From positions 62,001 through 126,000 of the forward strand of contig OZ025756.1 of the NCBI GenBank assembly GCA_964019335.1: 64,000 nt of DNA. Reading direction: 5' to 3'. The position numbers were made by a program, and so were the translations under genes. The notes beneath the pieces were generated by a model. That model made no database searches. It saw nothing but the letters and a program-made list of their open reading frames with translations, and was not told the DNA's origin. How positions within the stretch are numbered: the stretch's first letter is position 1; each line of letters begins with the position of its first letter. Of the stretch, positions 32,347-43,153 are shown piece after piece. The stretch comes from Diplonema japonicum (lineage: Eukaryota > Protista > Euglenozoa: Diplonemea).

Positions 32347-32720
32347 TGCACAGCCCCACCCACACAAGCTGCCTCTATCCGAGCCGCCTTGTTCACAGTG
32401 TTCCCAAAGTAGTCGTACACCGATGCGAACACGAAGGCCGCACCAAGGGCCTTTGTCATCGTGGGCGTGTTCAATCTCCAAGTGATCCTCAGGCACACAC
32501 TGTCAAGAAGCATCAAAAAGTCCCAAACGGCAGGGATGATCACCGTCACAGGTGACCGCATCACAACGGGCCCAGGAGCTAATAGTGTAGAGCATAACCT
32601 CAGTAATCGGGACCCGAAGCCTCTTCTCCACTAGCAACTGGCCCAATTGTGGCGCCGATGAAGAGTACTTTTCTTTTGCTGCACGCGGTCATCGGTGAGC
32701 AGTACACATGAGAAAGGTTT
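32347..32720 (-). pseudogene. Collapsed relic of a catalytic-type cyclase paralogue
   Basis: Ordered patches KVLFIG, DAVTCDGDHPC, GPWCGLRVRIGV, YDYFGNTVNKAAR and AACVGGAV with large deletions between them. Confidence 0.8.
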
Positions 32721-32975
32721 CCCCTGAATCTCACAAAGGGCCGGTTGAACCCGAAACACGTTGCCAACGTTCCCCTTTTGTTTAGACAAGTCAAAGACTC
32801 GTTCTTGCAAAAAGAAAAAAATAAAAAAGAAAAAATAAAGAGGTAAAAGGAAATCCCTGATTTGGGACGTCCTGTCTTGTTCTTCTACCTGCCCCTATCT
32901 CCCTTCAGCGGCTTCGGTTTTTCCTTTTTGGAAAAAAAAAAACACGACAGAAAAAAAAAAAAGAAAAAAAAAATA

Positions 32976-34611
32976 CTGTAAAACGAATAATGTCGGACGG
33001 AAAAATTCTCGGACAGAAAAACTCCCGGACACCAAAAAAACCCGGACATTTTTCCGTCCGGGAGTTTTTCTGGGAAGAAGTTTTTTTACTTAAGGGGGGT
33101 AGCAGCTCCCACCACGTTTGCCTGGAAGGGCTTTATTCCTTGTGCAGAGCCAAAATGTCACCCTGCGTGACAGTTTGAATTTTTCTTCCCCTTTCAATGC
33201 ACCAACAAACAGCACCCACGGGATCTTTAACTTCTCATAAACCCGTACTTCTTTCGTCAGATTGACCAGTTCGACTACCCAAGGCACGTTGAGCAGCTGG
33301 CTTGTGAGGGGCCCAACTTTGGTGCTGACACCCCCGGCCAGCTCACCCCCGAGATAAACTCCTTACACCGGGCCAGTACAAACCCCCGAAAGCAGCTTGG
33401 CGGCCTCTGCCTCGGTCAGAAGACGGCAGCAACAGGTTCAACAGAGCCCCCGGTTTCTTCCAGACGGAAATACTGGACGTTGCTATTCCACCCTACCACA
33501 CCCTGGCCGCCGCGACGCCGTGATAGCTGCGTATCGCCCAATACGGGATTTAGCATCCTTCGGGGGCTGAAAGATTTTTGCTTGAGTCGATAGGTAAACG
33601 GGCTTGGTGAGCCTATCCCAGCACAACAAATATGCACCTATGCAGAAGGGCTGTGCGCCAATCCAGCCCGAAAGACAGACCTGGTAGACTTTGGTGGGGC
33701 ACTGTCCTTTTCCACTGGCTAGGCTGACAAAATTTTGCAGCAAGAAAGACAAAAGCCGCAAGCCACCTCCGGAAAGCCCGGAAACGAGAAGGACAACGAG
33801 AAGGCACGCTGTTTCACCATGGAATTCAGGTCCATAATCGACACCCATAAAGTAAGGCCGGAATTGGTCTGGAATACGGGGTTAAAAACCAAAACAAAAA
33901 GGGGTGCTAAGGTCGTAAAAGTCCGTGGCTTGGGGGACAAAACGGGCTATAGCCGAACAGCTGGCTGTTTCCTTGGCTGGATGGTTAAATACAAAGGCAA
34001 AAGCGGAAACGCAACCGGCAGGGATTATCCGTGCCCCGGTCAAGCACCCGCCCACCGAATGGAGCCTAACGGCATCGCCCAGTCATTGGGCTAATTATGA
34101 TACTCGGTATCTGGGTTACGGAGCTGTTTCTTCCTTTTTGCTATAAATCATCGATTCCCATGGTTTTGCCGAACGGGCCGATTCTGCTGCTTGTCGGCGA
34201 CCACAACTCTCACACGACCTATGCCTATGGGTTCGTAGAGTGGTTCGCAGGCGCAAACGTGCACATTGCTTTTGTCCCCCTGGGCTCACCTACATGGTTC
34301 AACCGATGGATATTGGGTTGAACGCAACTGTAAAGCATCTATTAAGAAAGGTAGTAGGCCACACGAAGGCTCGACAAGCTGATTGCCTCAGGGGCAGCAA
34401 GGGAGGACAAAGATGCAGAAAGGGAACCCTGGGGGTTTCTTCGCGCGGTTGCCGTTTGCAGCCCAGGCCAGTATGTAGGTGGTAGTGGACCAGGCCCCCT
34501 GACGGCCTTACCTAAAAAAAATTCCCGGACGGAAAAACTCCCGGACGGAAAAATTCCCGGACGCCAAAAAAACTCGGACATTTTTCCGTCCGGGAGTTTT
34601 TCGTTTTACAG
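32976..34611 (+). mobile_element. Defective pogo/Tigger-type (Tc1-mariner, DDE_1) transposon with intact termini
   Basis: TA at 32974-5 and 34612-3; TIR CTGTAAAACGAA...CGGACGGAAAAAT; subterminal repeats. Plus-strand fragments ILLLVGDHNSH and PPGLTYMVQPMDIG match DDE_1 motifs. Confidence 0.85.
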
Positions 34612-35288
34612 TAACAACATAAAATATTATTTATAGTTCAGAGAAGGCCGAAAACAACCCTGTAGCTTCCCCATAACTGTATGCAAAGGGAAAAAAAGGT
34701 TTCAGTTTTGAATTGTCAAAAAGGGCCCATAAAACAGCTTTTTCTACAGATAGCGAAAATAGAAAGAATTAGTGAAACGAAAGAGGGCTTGGTCAGAAAG
34801 TACCCGCGTGCCGATACCCAACCACAGTCAACGGAGTGATCTGACACAACACAAGTGAGGAAAAGAAAAGAAATTCCCGGTGCAGCTTCAGGATACGGAA
34901 GCTTATGCCTTGCTGAAGAAAAGGGAAGGAGGAGGGGTACTGTAGCCCCAGGGGGAGGGGGAGGGGGGTTTTTTTTTTAAATCTCAAATGCGATAGCATC
35001 TTAAAACATTTCCCCACCATTTGTAATGAAACAAAAAAAAAATGTACACAAAATCAACTAAGTAGGAGAGATCCTTGTTTTAAAAGAGGGGGGGCCCTAG
35101 AGAATGTGCGAGAATTTGGTGCGCGTCGTCTCACCACTATGCCTAGGCCCTCGTTCGACCTCAGCATGTGTTGCACCTCCCCCCCCCTATGCTGGCATGG
35201 AAACGCGTTTCCATGCATTTTTTGAAAAAAAGGGAAACGGAAACGTTTCCTGCCAGCATAGGCCTAGGGGGGGGGGGGGGGGGGCGCA

Positions 35289-37406
35289 TTAATATTCCCT
35301 ACAAAGAAAATGGTCAAGCGTCACCAGATAAAGGAATAACGAAGCCCCCATTGCATCATGCGTACCGACAGAAGTGACACAGAGACCGTCCACTTCATCA
35401 ATCTCGTAAGGAGAGGCATAAAAGCACAGTGCATCCTTCACAACAGCACTACTACAAAGCACGCTACTCGCCAATGTACTGCCGCCTAGAACGGTCATAA
35501 ACTTCTGATTCCTTCCGCCTACTGTCCCATACAAGAGGTTGCCTGTTGATAAACCCATGTGGGATGAAGATTCACCTCGGCCTATCTCGGTAGCTGAACC
35601 AAGAATCTTCACAAACACCAACGAGTTCTCAACATGTGTGGTGCATGGTTTCGGTCCATTCCAGCAGACAGCAACCCTGTTCCCCTGAAGCGACACCACT
35701 GCTCCGTGTGACCTCTCCGTGCATGTCACTATCTTCGCAAGCCCAGCATTTATCAAAACACTAGCCGTGTCAGCCTCATAGTTCTGGAGTGTCATCTCTA
35801 CATGGCCTATTGTCGCTGAGCGTACCTTCAGTCTACCCATCGCGAGGTCCAAGGTCGACAAGCTTGATCGAGGCGTGGCGTCATCTACCGTAGTTTCTAT
35901 TATTAGCTTCCTGTCTTCTCTGTTTAAGAGGAGCTGCTGCTCCACAAAGGACTTCCTCCCAAGAAGGGAACGGGGGAGGAGAAGGAAGGGGTTTATTGAG
36001 CCACTCACACCCTTCAGTTCAGTCTGCCCCATCGGGATGACGGTGACCAAGTCAAGGGAACCAGCTGCCTCCATCACCTCAGGAGTGACAGCAACAGCCC
36101 CACCCACACAAGCTGCCTCCATCCTAGCCGCCTTGTTCACAGTGTTCCCAAAGTAGTCGTACCTCCCTGTCAGGTTGTTCAGTTGTACCGAAACATCACC
36201 ACAGTGAACACCCACACGAACCCTGAGACCACACCAAGGGCCTTCGTCATTGCGGGCACAGTGTGAGAGCATTAGGAGTTCCTCAGGCCACGCACTGTTC
36301 ACAAGACTCTCCTGAACAGACAGACCGAACCACACCGCATCAGAAGCACACTCGAAGGCCACCATGAAAGCATCCCCAATGGTCTTCACTTCGTACCCAT
36401 TGTGCTCAGCGATACAGGCGCGTACCGCTTTGTTGTGGACTTCAAGTCCCTCCTTCATCCCTTCTGGACATGCTTCCCATGTTGCCGTCGATCCTTGGAT
36501 GTCGGTGAAGACAACGGCAGCTTTCTGCGAGTGGATACCAGGAATAGCGACATTCTTCGCGGGCTCGGGGATCTTGCAATGCATGCTGTGGAAGAGCGCG
36601 TCGGGGATGTAAGGGCGGTACATGTGGAGGTTTTCCAGACTTTTTTGGTAGGCATCGTAAAGCTGCGGGGGGAGGGAGGCTGTTGAGATAATTGCCTCAG
36701 CTGCTTCAAGATCGAAGTGGGAGAGGGATGTCGCGATGTCCTCTGCCGCAACTATCACTTTGTTCATCTTGTCGTGCTCCCTGTGTAGATCGTTGGCAAA
36801 ACGACGGGTGAAGTAGAAGTCGAGGAGGATGATGGTAATTTGGTTGACAGGAGCAATTATAGCATCAAGGAACTCCACACGGCAGGGAAGGTCACCATCA
36901 CACGCGATCGCATCACGACGGGCCGCCTGCGACGGCAGGAACGAAAGATTGTAAAAACCGAACTTGTACACACTCTCCATAGCGAGTAAAAGAAACCAGA
37001 ATGCCAGCGTTGACAGGATAACACCTGAAACACGTGAGGGCAATCTACACACCAAACACAGGTCCAGGACAGGCACAATGTAAGGCCACGCTCTCTCTTG
37101 TGAGGATTTCACTGTCGTGACCAGGTCGGACTGAAGAATTGCTAAACACGTCACATACAGCACAATCTCGATGAGCCCCACACGGATCTTTCTTTCGACA
37201 CACAGCTGCAACACCTGAACCAGACAGACGGTGACCATGAGGAATGCTGAGATAAGTCCCAGTTGACCGCCCTTGGTGTTCCGAGATGCAAGAGCGACCC
37301 CGACTGTGAACAGCCCCATTGCGCAACCGATTAGCATCACCTTCTTGCTGAAAGCGACCACACGTGTGTCGGTGGGTAGTATGACACATGAGAATAAGGC
37401 CCGCAT
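35289..37406 (-). CDS. Multi-TM class III adenylyl cyclase, catalytic paralogue of 422-2557
   Basis: FTDIQGST, EVKTIGDAFM and GNTVNKAARME are intact; strong identity to 422-2557 across the cyclase domain. Confidence 0.9.
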   Translation of the reverse strand: MRALFSCVILPTDTRVVAFSKKVMLIGCAMGLFTVGVALASRNTKGGQLGLISAFLMVTVCLVQVLQLCVERKIRVGLIEIVLYVTCLAILQSDLVTTVKSSQERAWPYIVPVLDLCLVCRLPSRVSGVILSTLAFWFLLLAMESVYKFGFYNLSFLPSQAARRDAIACDGDLPCRVEFLDAIIAPVNQITIILLDFYFTRRFANDLHREHDKMNKVIVAAEDIATSLSHFDLEAAEAIISTASLPPQLYDAYQKSLENLHMYRPYIPDALFHSMHCKIPEPAKNVAIPGIHSQKAAVVFTDIQGSTATWEACPEGMKEGLEVHNKAVRACIAEHNGYEVKTIGDAFMVAFECASDAVWFGLSVQESLVNSAWPEELLMLSHCARNDEGPWCGLRVRVGVHCGDVSVQLNNLTGRYDYFGNTVNKAARMEAACVGGAVAVTPEVMEAAGSLDLVTVIPMGQTELKGVSGSINPFLLLPRSLLGRKSFVEQQLLLNREDRKLIIETTVDDATPRSSLSTLDLAMGRLKVRSATIGHVEMTLQNYEADTASVLINAGLAKIVTCTERSHGAVVSLQGNRVAVCWNGPKPCTTHVENSLVFVKILGSATEIGRGESSSHMGLSTGNLLYGTVGGRNQKFMTVLGGSTLASSVLCSSAVVKDALCFYASPYEIDEVDGLCVTSVGTHDAMGASLFLYLVTLDHFLCREY

Positions 37407-37508
37407 TTCCCTCTACTTCCCCCTTTTCACCATAGGGGAGGGGAAAAAAAAAAAAAAAAAAAAAAAAGAGAGAGAGGAATTATTTTGCTGGAAAGCAAGC
37501 AAAAAAAA

Positions 37509-37923
37509 CTCAAAGTGCAGGACAAACCCCCTCATGGAGGGCCGCCCTTGGGTGGGTTGGGGGGGGCTATCTATTTATACTCCCCTTCTGGAGCATTGCT
37601 TTCGTCCCAATCGAGGCCCTGAGCGTCTTGCGAAGTCGAGTGATGCGATCCCGCTTGTAGGCGGCCTTCAAATCCATCAGCTTTGTCGTGCGTGGATGCA
37701 CCGCGGCCGAGTTGTAGCTTCCTTAATGCGTGCAGTGTACAGCTCAACCCCAGCCGGGGCGTCCCGGGTAACCAAGATTCTGCGCTCGTGCAGTTTGCTG
37801 CCTGCTCGTCACCCTGAGCATCTGCAATACGTTCCTCCACTCAGGTGCTACCGGTGATGACCGACGAGGAGGTCAACAGCGAACAACACATCTGATGTAC
37901 TTCTTATATTTCCATGTTATCCC
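37509..37923 (-). mobile_element. Chimera of family-1 retroelement 3' end (37509-37697) and repeat block A (37700-37923)
   Basis: First part matches 27725-27910; second part matches 40700-40946. Confidence 0.75.
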
Positions 37924-38096
37924 AAAGAAAAAAAAAAGAGATGAGATAAAGGAGGTTCTTGTTTTTGAAACGCGCCCCTTGTCTGTACTTATCTACTCCT
38001 TTCCCCCCTTCTGGGAGGGGGGGGGGGGGGGGCTTTTCTTGGGTTCTTCTGGTTCTCCGCCGGGAAGATTCGCTGCCTCCCACCGGTTTTCTGTGA

Positions 38097-39800
38097 TTAA
38101 CAATAAACAGCCCCGTAAACAGCAGGCTTCGCACCGCATTTTATCATCGAGGCGAGCTCAGCTTCTGCTGCGTCTGCAATTGAGCTTTCGGGCCTGTCGA
38201 TTTTCAGCAGCCGCAGGGCCTCATCACGGTCCCCCAGAAGGAACTGTTTGGCAGCTGCGTTGTACGGCTCCCAAGGCCGTTCCTCCAGTTGGTACATCCA
38301 TTCTTCAGTTTCGTTGGATTTTAAAACTTCAGGACAGGTCAGAACCTCATATGCCAGCTCCTTGGCGTTGGGGTCGGAAAGGTAGCGAACTGTGCCCAGG
38401 ATGATGCGGGTGGTGAAATCGTACGAGATCTCGTTGTTGGTCGCCCCGCTGCAGACTATACCGCAATCTTTGGCACGCGCGACACCTTGCAAAGCGGAAG
38501 CGGAAGCGGCAGAAGGGCCAATTGTAGAAACGGAACGGAGCTCAAAGCAGCCTAGAGATCCACAGTAAGCTGTACCGCTTGACACGCCAGAGGCGACGTG
38601 GATCAGCGACGCGCAGAGGTTTTTATTGAGTTCGGTGGCACCGATGACAGCGTTTTTTGCATGGACTGCACACCGCTTCACCGCGTTAAATGAAACATGT
38701 ATGTGATCGCCAATGATGACACTCACCACACCCGACACAGATGTGTAGTAATACAGCGACCTCTCTAAAACTCTGGAATATTTCTTCTGGTACGCGGCGA
38801 CGTCCTCTGCAACCTCCTTGTGCGTGTCGAGCATGTTCGTTACGACAAACGAACAGCGTCGTTTTTCAAGAAGCCTGCTCAGCATTTCAACAGAATTCGA
38901 CTTCGAAGTCAGCTTGTCGTTTATCTCAACAGATTTCTCGAGGGATTCTGTTTCAGAACAACTCCCCATGCTGTCCTCGTATAAGCAGGACCGCGGGAGG
39001 TAGGGTCGGTAAGAATGCAGATTCGATATTATTCGGTGAAACGCGCTGAAAAGCGGCGGGGGAAGAGAAGAAGTTAAGATAATCGCTTCGGCTGCTTCAA
39101 GGTCGAAGCGGGAGAGGGATGTCGCGATGTTCTCTGTGGCGTGGATCGCCTCGTTCATCTTCTGGTGCTCCCGCTGCACATCGTGCGCGAACCTCGTCGT
39201 AAAATAATAATCGAGGAGGAGCAGCGTGGTTCCCTGGCCCACAAATATTACGGCAGATGCAGCTGAAACCTTGCACGGGATATCGTTGCAGGTTATTGGT
39301 TCGCGTCTTTGTTCTTGTGAAATGAACAAGAGCGGGATGTCATAAAATCCTAGTCGGAGTGCTCCTTCCACACCTGCGACGCACAGCCATGCTATATTTG
39401 CAGCGATGACATTTTTTGCCACGCGGCAAGGCAGTTTGCACACTATACACACATCTACAAGTAAGATGGAGAAGTACCATACCTCACCCCTTATTGGATA
39501 GACGGCCCGCGAGAGGTCACCGAAGAGTAATGCCGCAGTGACCATGTATATAAGGCATTCGAGGAGGGATTCTCGCAGTTTTCGCTCTATTATTATTTGT
39601 ATCAGGTATATTAGCCCCGCGGCGATCCCGGAGAAGCTGCAGAGCCAGCCTGAAATGGGTTTGTCCCCCGGACTTTCTAATGTTGATACGAATGCGACTA
39701 GGACTGCAATGCTCCCCACCAACAGTAGTTTTTTGTTGAACACCGTCACCCGGTCGTCTGTCGGACGGATAATGTACGAGAATAACCAGCAAGATACCAT
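38097..39800 (-). CDS. Multi-TM pseudo-cyclase paralogue
   Basis: Likely start MVSCWLFSY (39800). RRCSFVVTNM, IIGDHIHVSFNA and EEWMYQL as in 29820-31511. Confidence 0.8.
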   Translation of the reverse strand: MVSCWLFSYIIRPTDDRVTVFNKKLLLVGSIAVLVAFVSTLESPGDKPISGWLCSFSGIAAGLIYLIQIIIERKLRESLLECLIYMVTAALLFGDLSRAVYPIRGEVWYFSILLVDVCIVCKLPCRVAKNVIAANIAWLCVAGVEGALRLGFYDIPLLFISQEQRREPITCNDIPCKVSAASAVIFVGQGTTLLLLDYYFTTRFAHDVQREHQKMNEAIHATENIATSLSRFDLEAAEAIILTSSLPPPLFSAFHRIISNLHSYRPYLPRSCLYEDSMGSCSETESLEKSVEINDKLTSKSNSVEMLSRLLEKRRCSFVVTNMLDTHKEVAEDVAAYQKKYSRVLERSLYYYTSVSGVVSVIIGDHIHVSFNAVKRCAVHAKNAVIGATELNKNLCASLIHVASGVSSGTAYCGSLGCFELRSVSTIGPSAASASALQGVARAKDCGIVCSGATNNEISYDFTTRIILGTVRYLSDPNAKELAYEVLTCPEVLKSNETEEWMYQLEERPWEPYNAAAKQFLLGDRDEALRLLKIDRPESSIADAAEAELASMIKCGAKPAVYGAVYC

Positions 39801-40346
39801 TTTATTTTTTTTTTTAATTTTTTTTTTTTGGGTTTTCTCTTTTTCATGGGGATTTTTTTTTGGAAGGGGAAAAAAATTTTTTCTTAAAAAAAAGAAAAAA
39901 AAAAAAAAGGAGGGAAAAAAAAAAAAAAGAAGTAGGAGGTTAGGTGAAATTAAGTGTTTTTTTTGTTTCTTTATTCCCCCCCCCCCCCCCCCCCGTCTTC
40001 TCCCCCGCTTTTTTTTTTTAAATTTTTTTTCTTCTTCTTCTTCTTTTTTTTTTTTTTTTATAAAAAAACCTTTTACCCTCACGATGGATTGACCATAAAC
40101 CAGTGTCCTATTTGAGGGACAAAAAAAAATATGAGAAAAAAAAAGTTTACACTCCAGACGATGACGTGGGCAGTGCTAGGTGGGAAAGTGCCAGTTTGTG
40201 CAAACAAACGCGGGGGGGGGGGGGGGGGGAGATATTAGAATATAAAGCCTCCCCAAAGGAAAATAGGTCGACTGACTATAGTGGTAAAAAGAAAAAAGAA
40301 AAAAAAACAAAACAAAAAATTGGCGATTTTGTTGTTAAAAAGTCGG

Positions 40347-40378
<32 letters not shown>

Positions 40379-40437
40379 CATCCCCCTGCTGAAGGCTCTA
40401 GAACCGAACTTTAAGCTGTCTCACTCGGCTCCAGGAC

Positions 40438-40473
<36 letters not shown>

Positions 40474-40489
40474 GTTTCATTTACAAAAT

Positions 40490-40946
40490 ACTGTTGATTT
40501 TCTTGTTCAAAGCAAGAAAAATAACTTTTTTTTTTTCCTTCTTCTTTTTTTTTTTTTTTTGCATACTTTCAATTTTCCCTGTTTCTATTCTCTTCTTTCT
40601 TCTTTTTCTCTTTACTTAAAAAAAAAAAAAAAAATGAGTTAAAGGAGGCCGGTGTTGGCGGCGCCCTGCACAAGAACTGTCTACTTGATTACAGGGGGCG
40701 CGCCGCGGCCGAGTTGTAGCTTCTTCTGCGTTCCGCGTCGTGTCCTTAATGCGTGCGGTGTACAGCTCAACCCCAGCCGGTGCATCCCGGGTAACCAAGA
40801 TTCTGCGCTCGTGCAGTTTGCTGCCTGTTCGTCACCCTGAGCATCTGCATTATGTTCTTCCACTCGGGCGCTACCGGTGATGACCGACGAGGAGGTCAAC
40901 AGCGAACAACACATCTGATGTTTTTCTTATATTTTCATGTTATCCC
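40490..40946. repeat. Best-preserved copy of dispersed repeat block A
   Basis: Blocks such as gtaaccaagattctgcg, ttccact...taccggtgatgaccgacga and ggtcaacagcgaacaacac recur, with deletions, at about 13483, 37768, 42960 and 44120. Confidence 0.8.
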
Positions 40947-40968
40947 CACCACCTTTTGGAAAAAAAAC

Positions 40969-42271
40969 TCGATAAAATTTCAGTGTGCATGGGGGTGCTC
41001 ACTGTTCAGGTAGAAATGCACACTAATCGGTCACCGTTCTGCGGTTGCTGTCTGGTGCCTGCGGTGACTGTTTGTCGCGATGAGATGGACGGCATCTGGG
41101 CGAGAAACATTGCTTGGAGTCGTGCTAGGTAGGGGGGGGGTTTGGCTCGAGGAGAAGAGTGGTCTCCTGTCGTAGCCGTGTGCCGTCGGGCCCCCAAGAT
41201 GTCGAAGGGTATGCACCCTTGATTTGGCGCTGGCGGGGAAGGCTGACCTTCCACAGCGTGCTGAGCATTTCTGGATGCGACCCAAGATGTATCGCATCCT
41301 TGCGGCCTTCTCCGTGAGCAGGTCTTGATCGTCGAGGGGACCTACGAGCGACCGGCGGGTGGTCTGCTCATAGTCTATGGCGAGTTCCATTGTCGTGACG
41401 GAAGTTTTCTTCTTACCATCGTACCATCGTAGGCCTCTTAGCCACTTGAGGACGTTCTTCAAATGAAAGGTCAGGACCGCGCCTGACGCCCCGTTGCCTT
41501 CAGCAACGCTTCCGTCGGAACATCATGTTGCCTCCCTGTCGTTACCTCATCCCAAGGGTTGGAGGTGAGCACTCTCTTGCTTTTTTCCGCTGCTCTGGCG
41601 TCACGGACCGTCACTGCTTTCAGGAGGTATTGTTGCACCATCCTGGCACGTTCTTTCCCTGCTTTGTCGGCCCCTCTTGGGACTATCCCGTGAAGGGCTG
41701 TGGCAGCTGGGAGGCCTTCTCGCTTCACCTCTGCGTATTGCTCGCTTTCCAACACACTCCTTGCCGGCTCGCACTCCCACAGTGCATGCTCCGTCATGCT
41801 GGTCGTTGTCTGGGATCGGTGGTCGCAAACGTCACACGCTAATGCTGGGTTTTCCACACCAGGGCCATCCAATTTTCTCCCCCACACCCTCCCCTCGGGT
41901 GAGTTGTGAACACTGCACCACTAATGATGCGCCGCAACCTAAAGGACACCAACGGTCTCCGGGCCTGGAGCTTAGTTCGTGGACGGGCACGCCCCTGCCT
42001 CCATCCCCACGAAGGTTGATCTCTTCTCGATCAGCCTCTTCGCAACTGCCGGTCTGATGGCTTGCCTCACTTTGTGAGCCACCGCTGTATCTCCGTAAGG
42101 ACCATCCCTTCCCCAGAAAGGGGAACCATCGGACCCATCACCTCATCGTCATCGCGGTCCTGGTATAGACCAATGATCTCACCAACACGCTGCCGCAAAC
42201 GCGGAGAGGCCAGGCTCTCCCGGACCAAGCTGTTTATCGTTCCGTAGATGACCTTCGACAACGGATGTGCC

Positions 42272-42272
<1 letters not shown>
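40969..42272 (-). mobile_element. Longest non-LTR retrotransposon fragment (family 2) with C-terminal CCHC zinc knuckle
   Basis: CDVCDHRSQTTTSMTEHALWEC is a C-x2-C...H-x4-C zinc knuckle typical of LINE ORF2 C-termini, followed by the ELAIDY domain; frameshifts present. Confidence 0.75.
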
Positions 42273-42310
<38 letters not shown>

Positions 42311-42726
42311 GCTCTAAACTAGACCATTATTTTTTTTGACTCGCCCCTCCCCCCCCCCTTTTTTTTAACCCCAGTCCCATCTAGCTTCTCTGAAAATGCT
42401 CAAAAAAATTGGTTTCCAAAAGGGGTGTCTTCCTTGAGACCAACCAAAAGGGGGAAAGCAAGACTCTGGGCGGTAAACTAAAAGGGGTCCAACAGATAAT
42501 GGCGCATCTTTCTCTTCATCTCCCCCCCTTTTTTTTCCCGTGTGGCGGTAGCCTACAAGACTTCACATGCTTCATAGACCTCCTTTCAGACACTACATAT
42601 AGATATAAGGGCTGAGGTGTCTTTTTTTTTTTTTTTTTTTTTTTTTTTTGTCGCATTGTTCGCGTTTTTCTTTTTCTGTTCTTTCCCTCCCCCTCCCACA
42701 AAAGGCTGGGGGCAGGGACTTTTTTT

Positions 42727-42727
<1 letters not shown>

Positions 42728-42761
<34 letters not shown>

Positions 42762-42781
42762 ATTGTTGTTGTAGTTGTTGT
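42728..42781. repeat. (GTT)n microsatellite
   Basis: Seen directly in the sequence. Confidence 0.95.
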
Positions 42782-43107
42782 AAAAAGAATTCTTTTTTTT
42801 TTTTTTTTTTTTGCCGCAAGTTTACCTTTGTTTGTGCACAGCCGGGATTAACCAGTAGAAGGATAAGCCCCATCCACTACTCTTACAATATATTTTTATT
42901 ATAAAAAAAAAAAATTCAATACTATATATGCGAGTTAATAGAAGTCAATGCAAGGTGTTCTTCCACTGACCGACGTGGAGATCAACAGCGAAGAACACTC
43001 CCTGATGTACTTCAAACAATTTTGGTTTGGCTCGAGGAGAAGAGTAGTCTCCTGTCGCAGCCGTGTGTGCCGTCGTGCTCCCTAAGGTACCGGAGGGTGT
43101 GCACCCT

Positions 43108-43153
<46 letters not shown>

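Noticed and set aside
33275-33312. Resemblance to the ingi/L1Tc 5' signature or HDV-like ribozyme (CTCAACGTG)
   Set aside because: P1 and P3 pairings cannot be formed, and it lies inside the pogo element.
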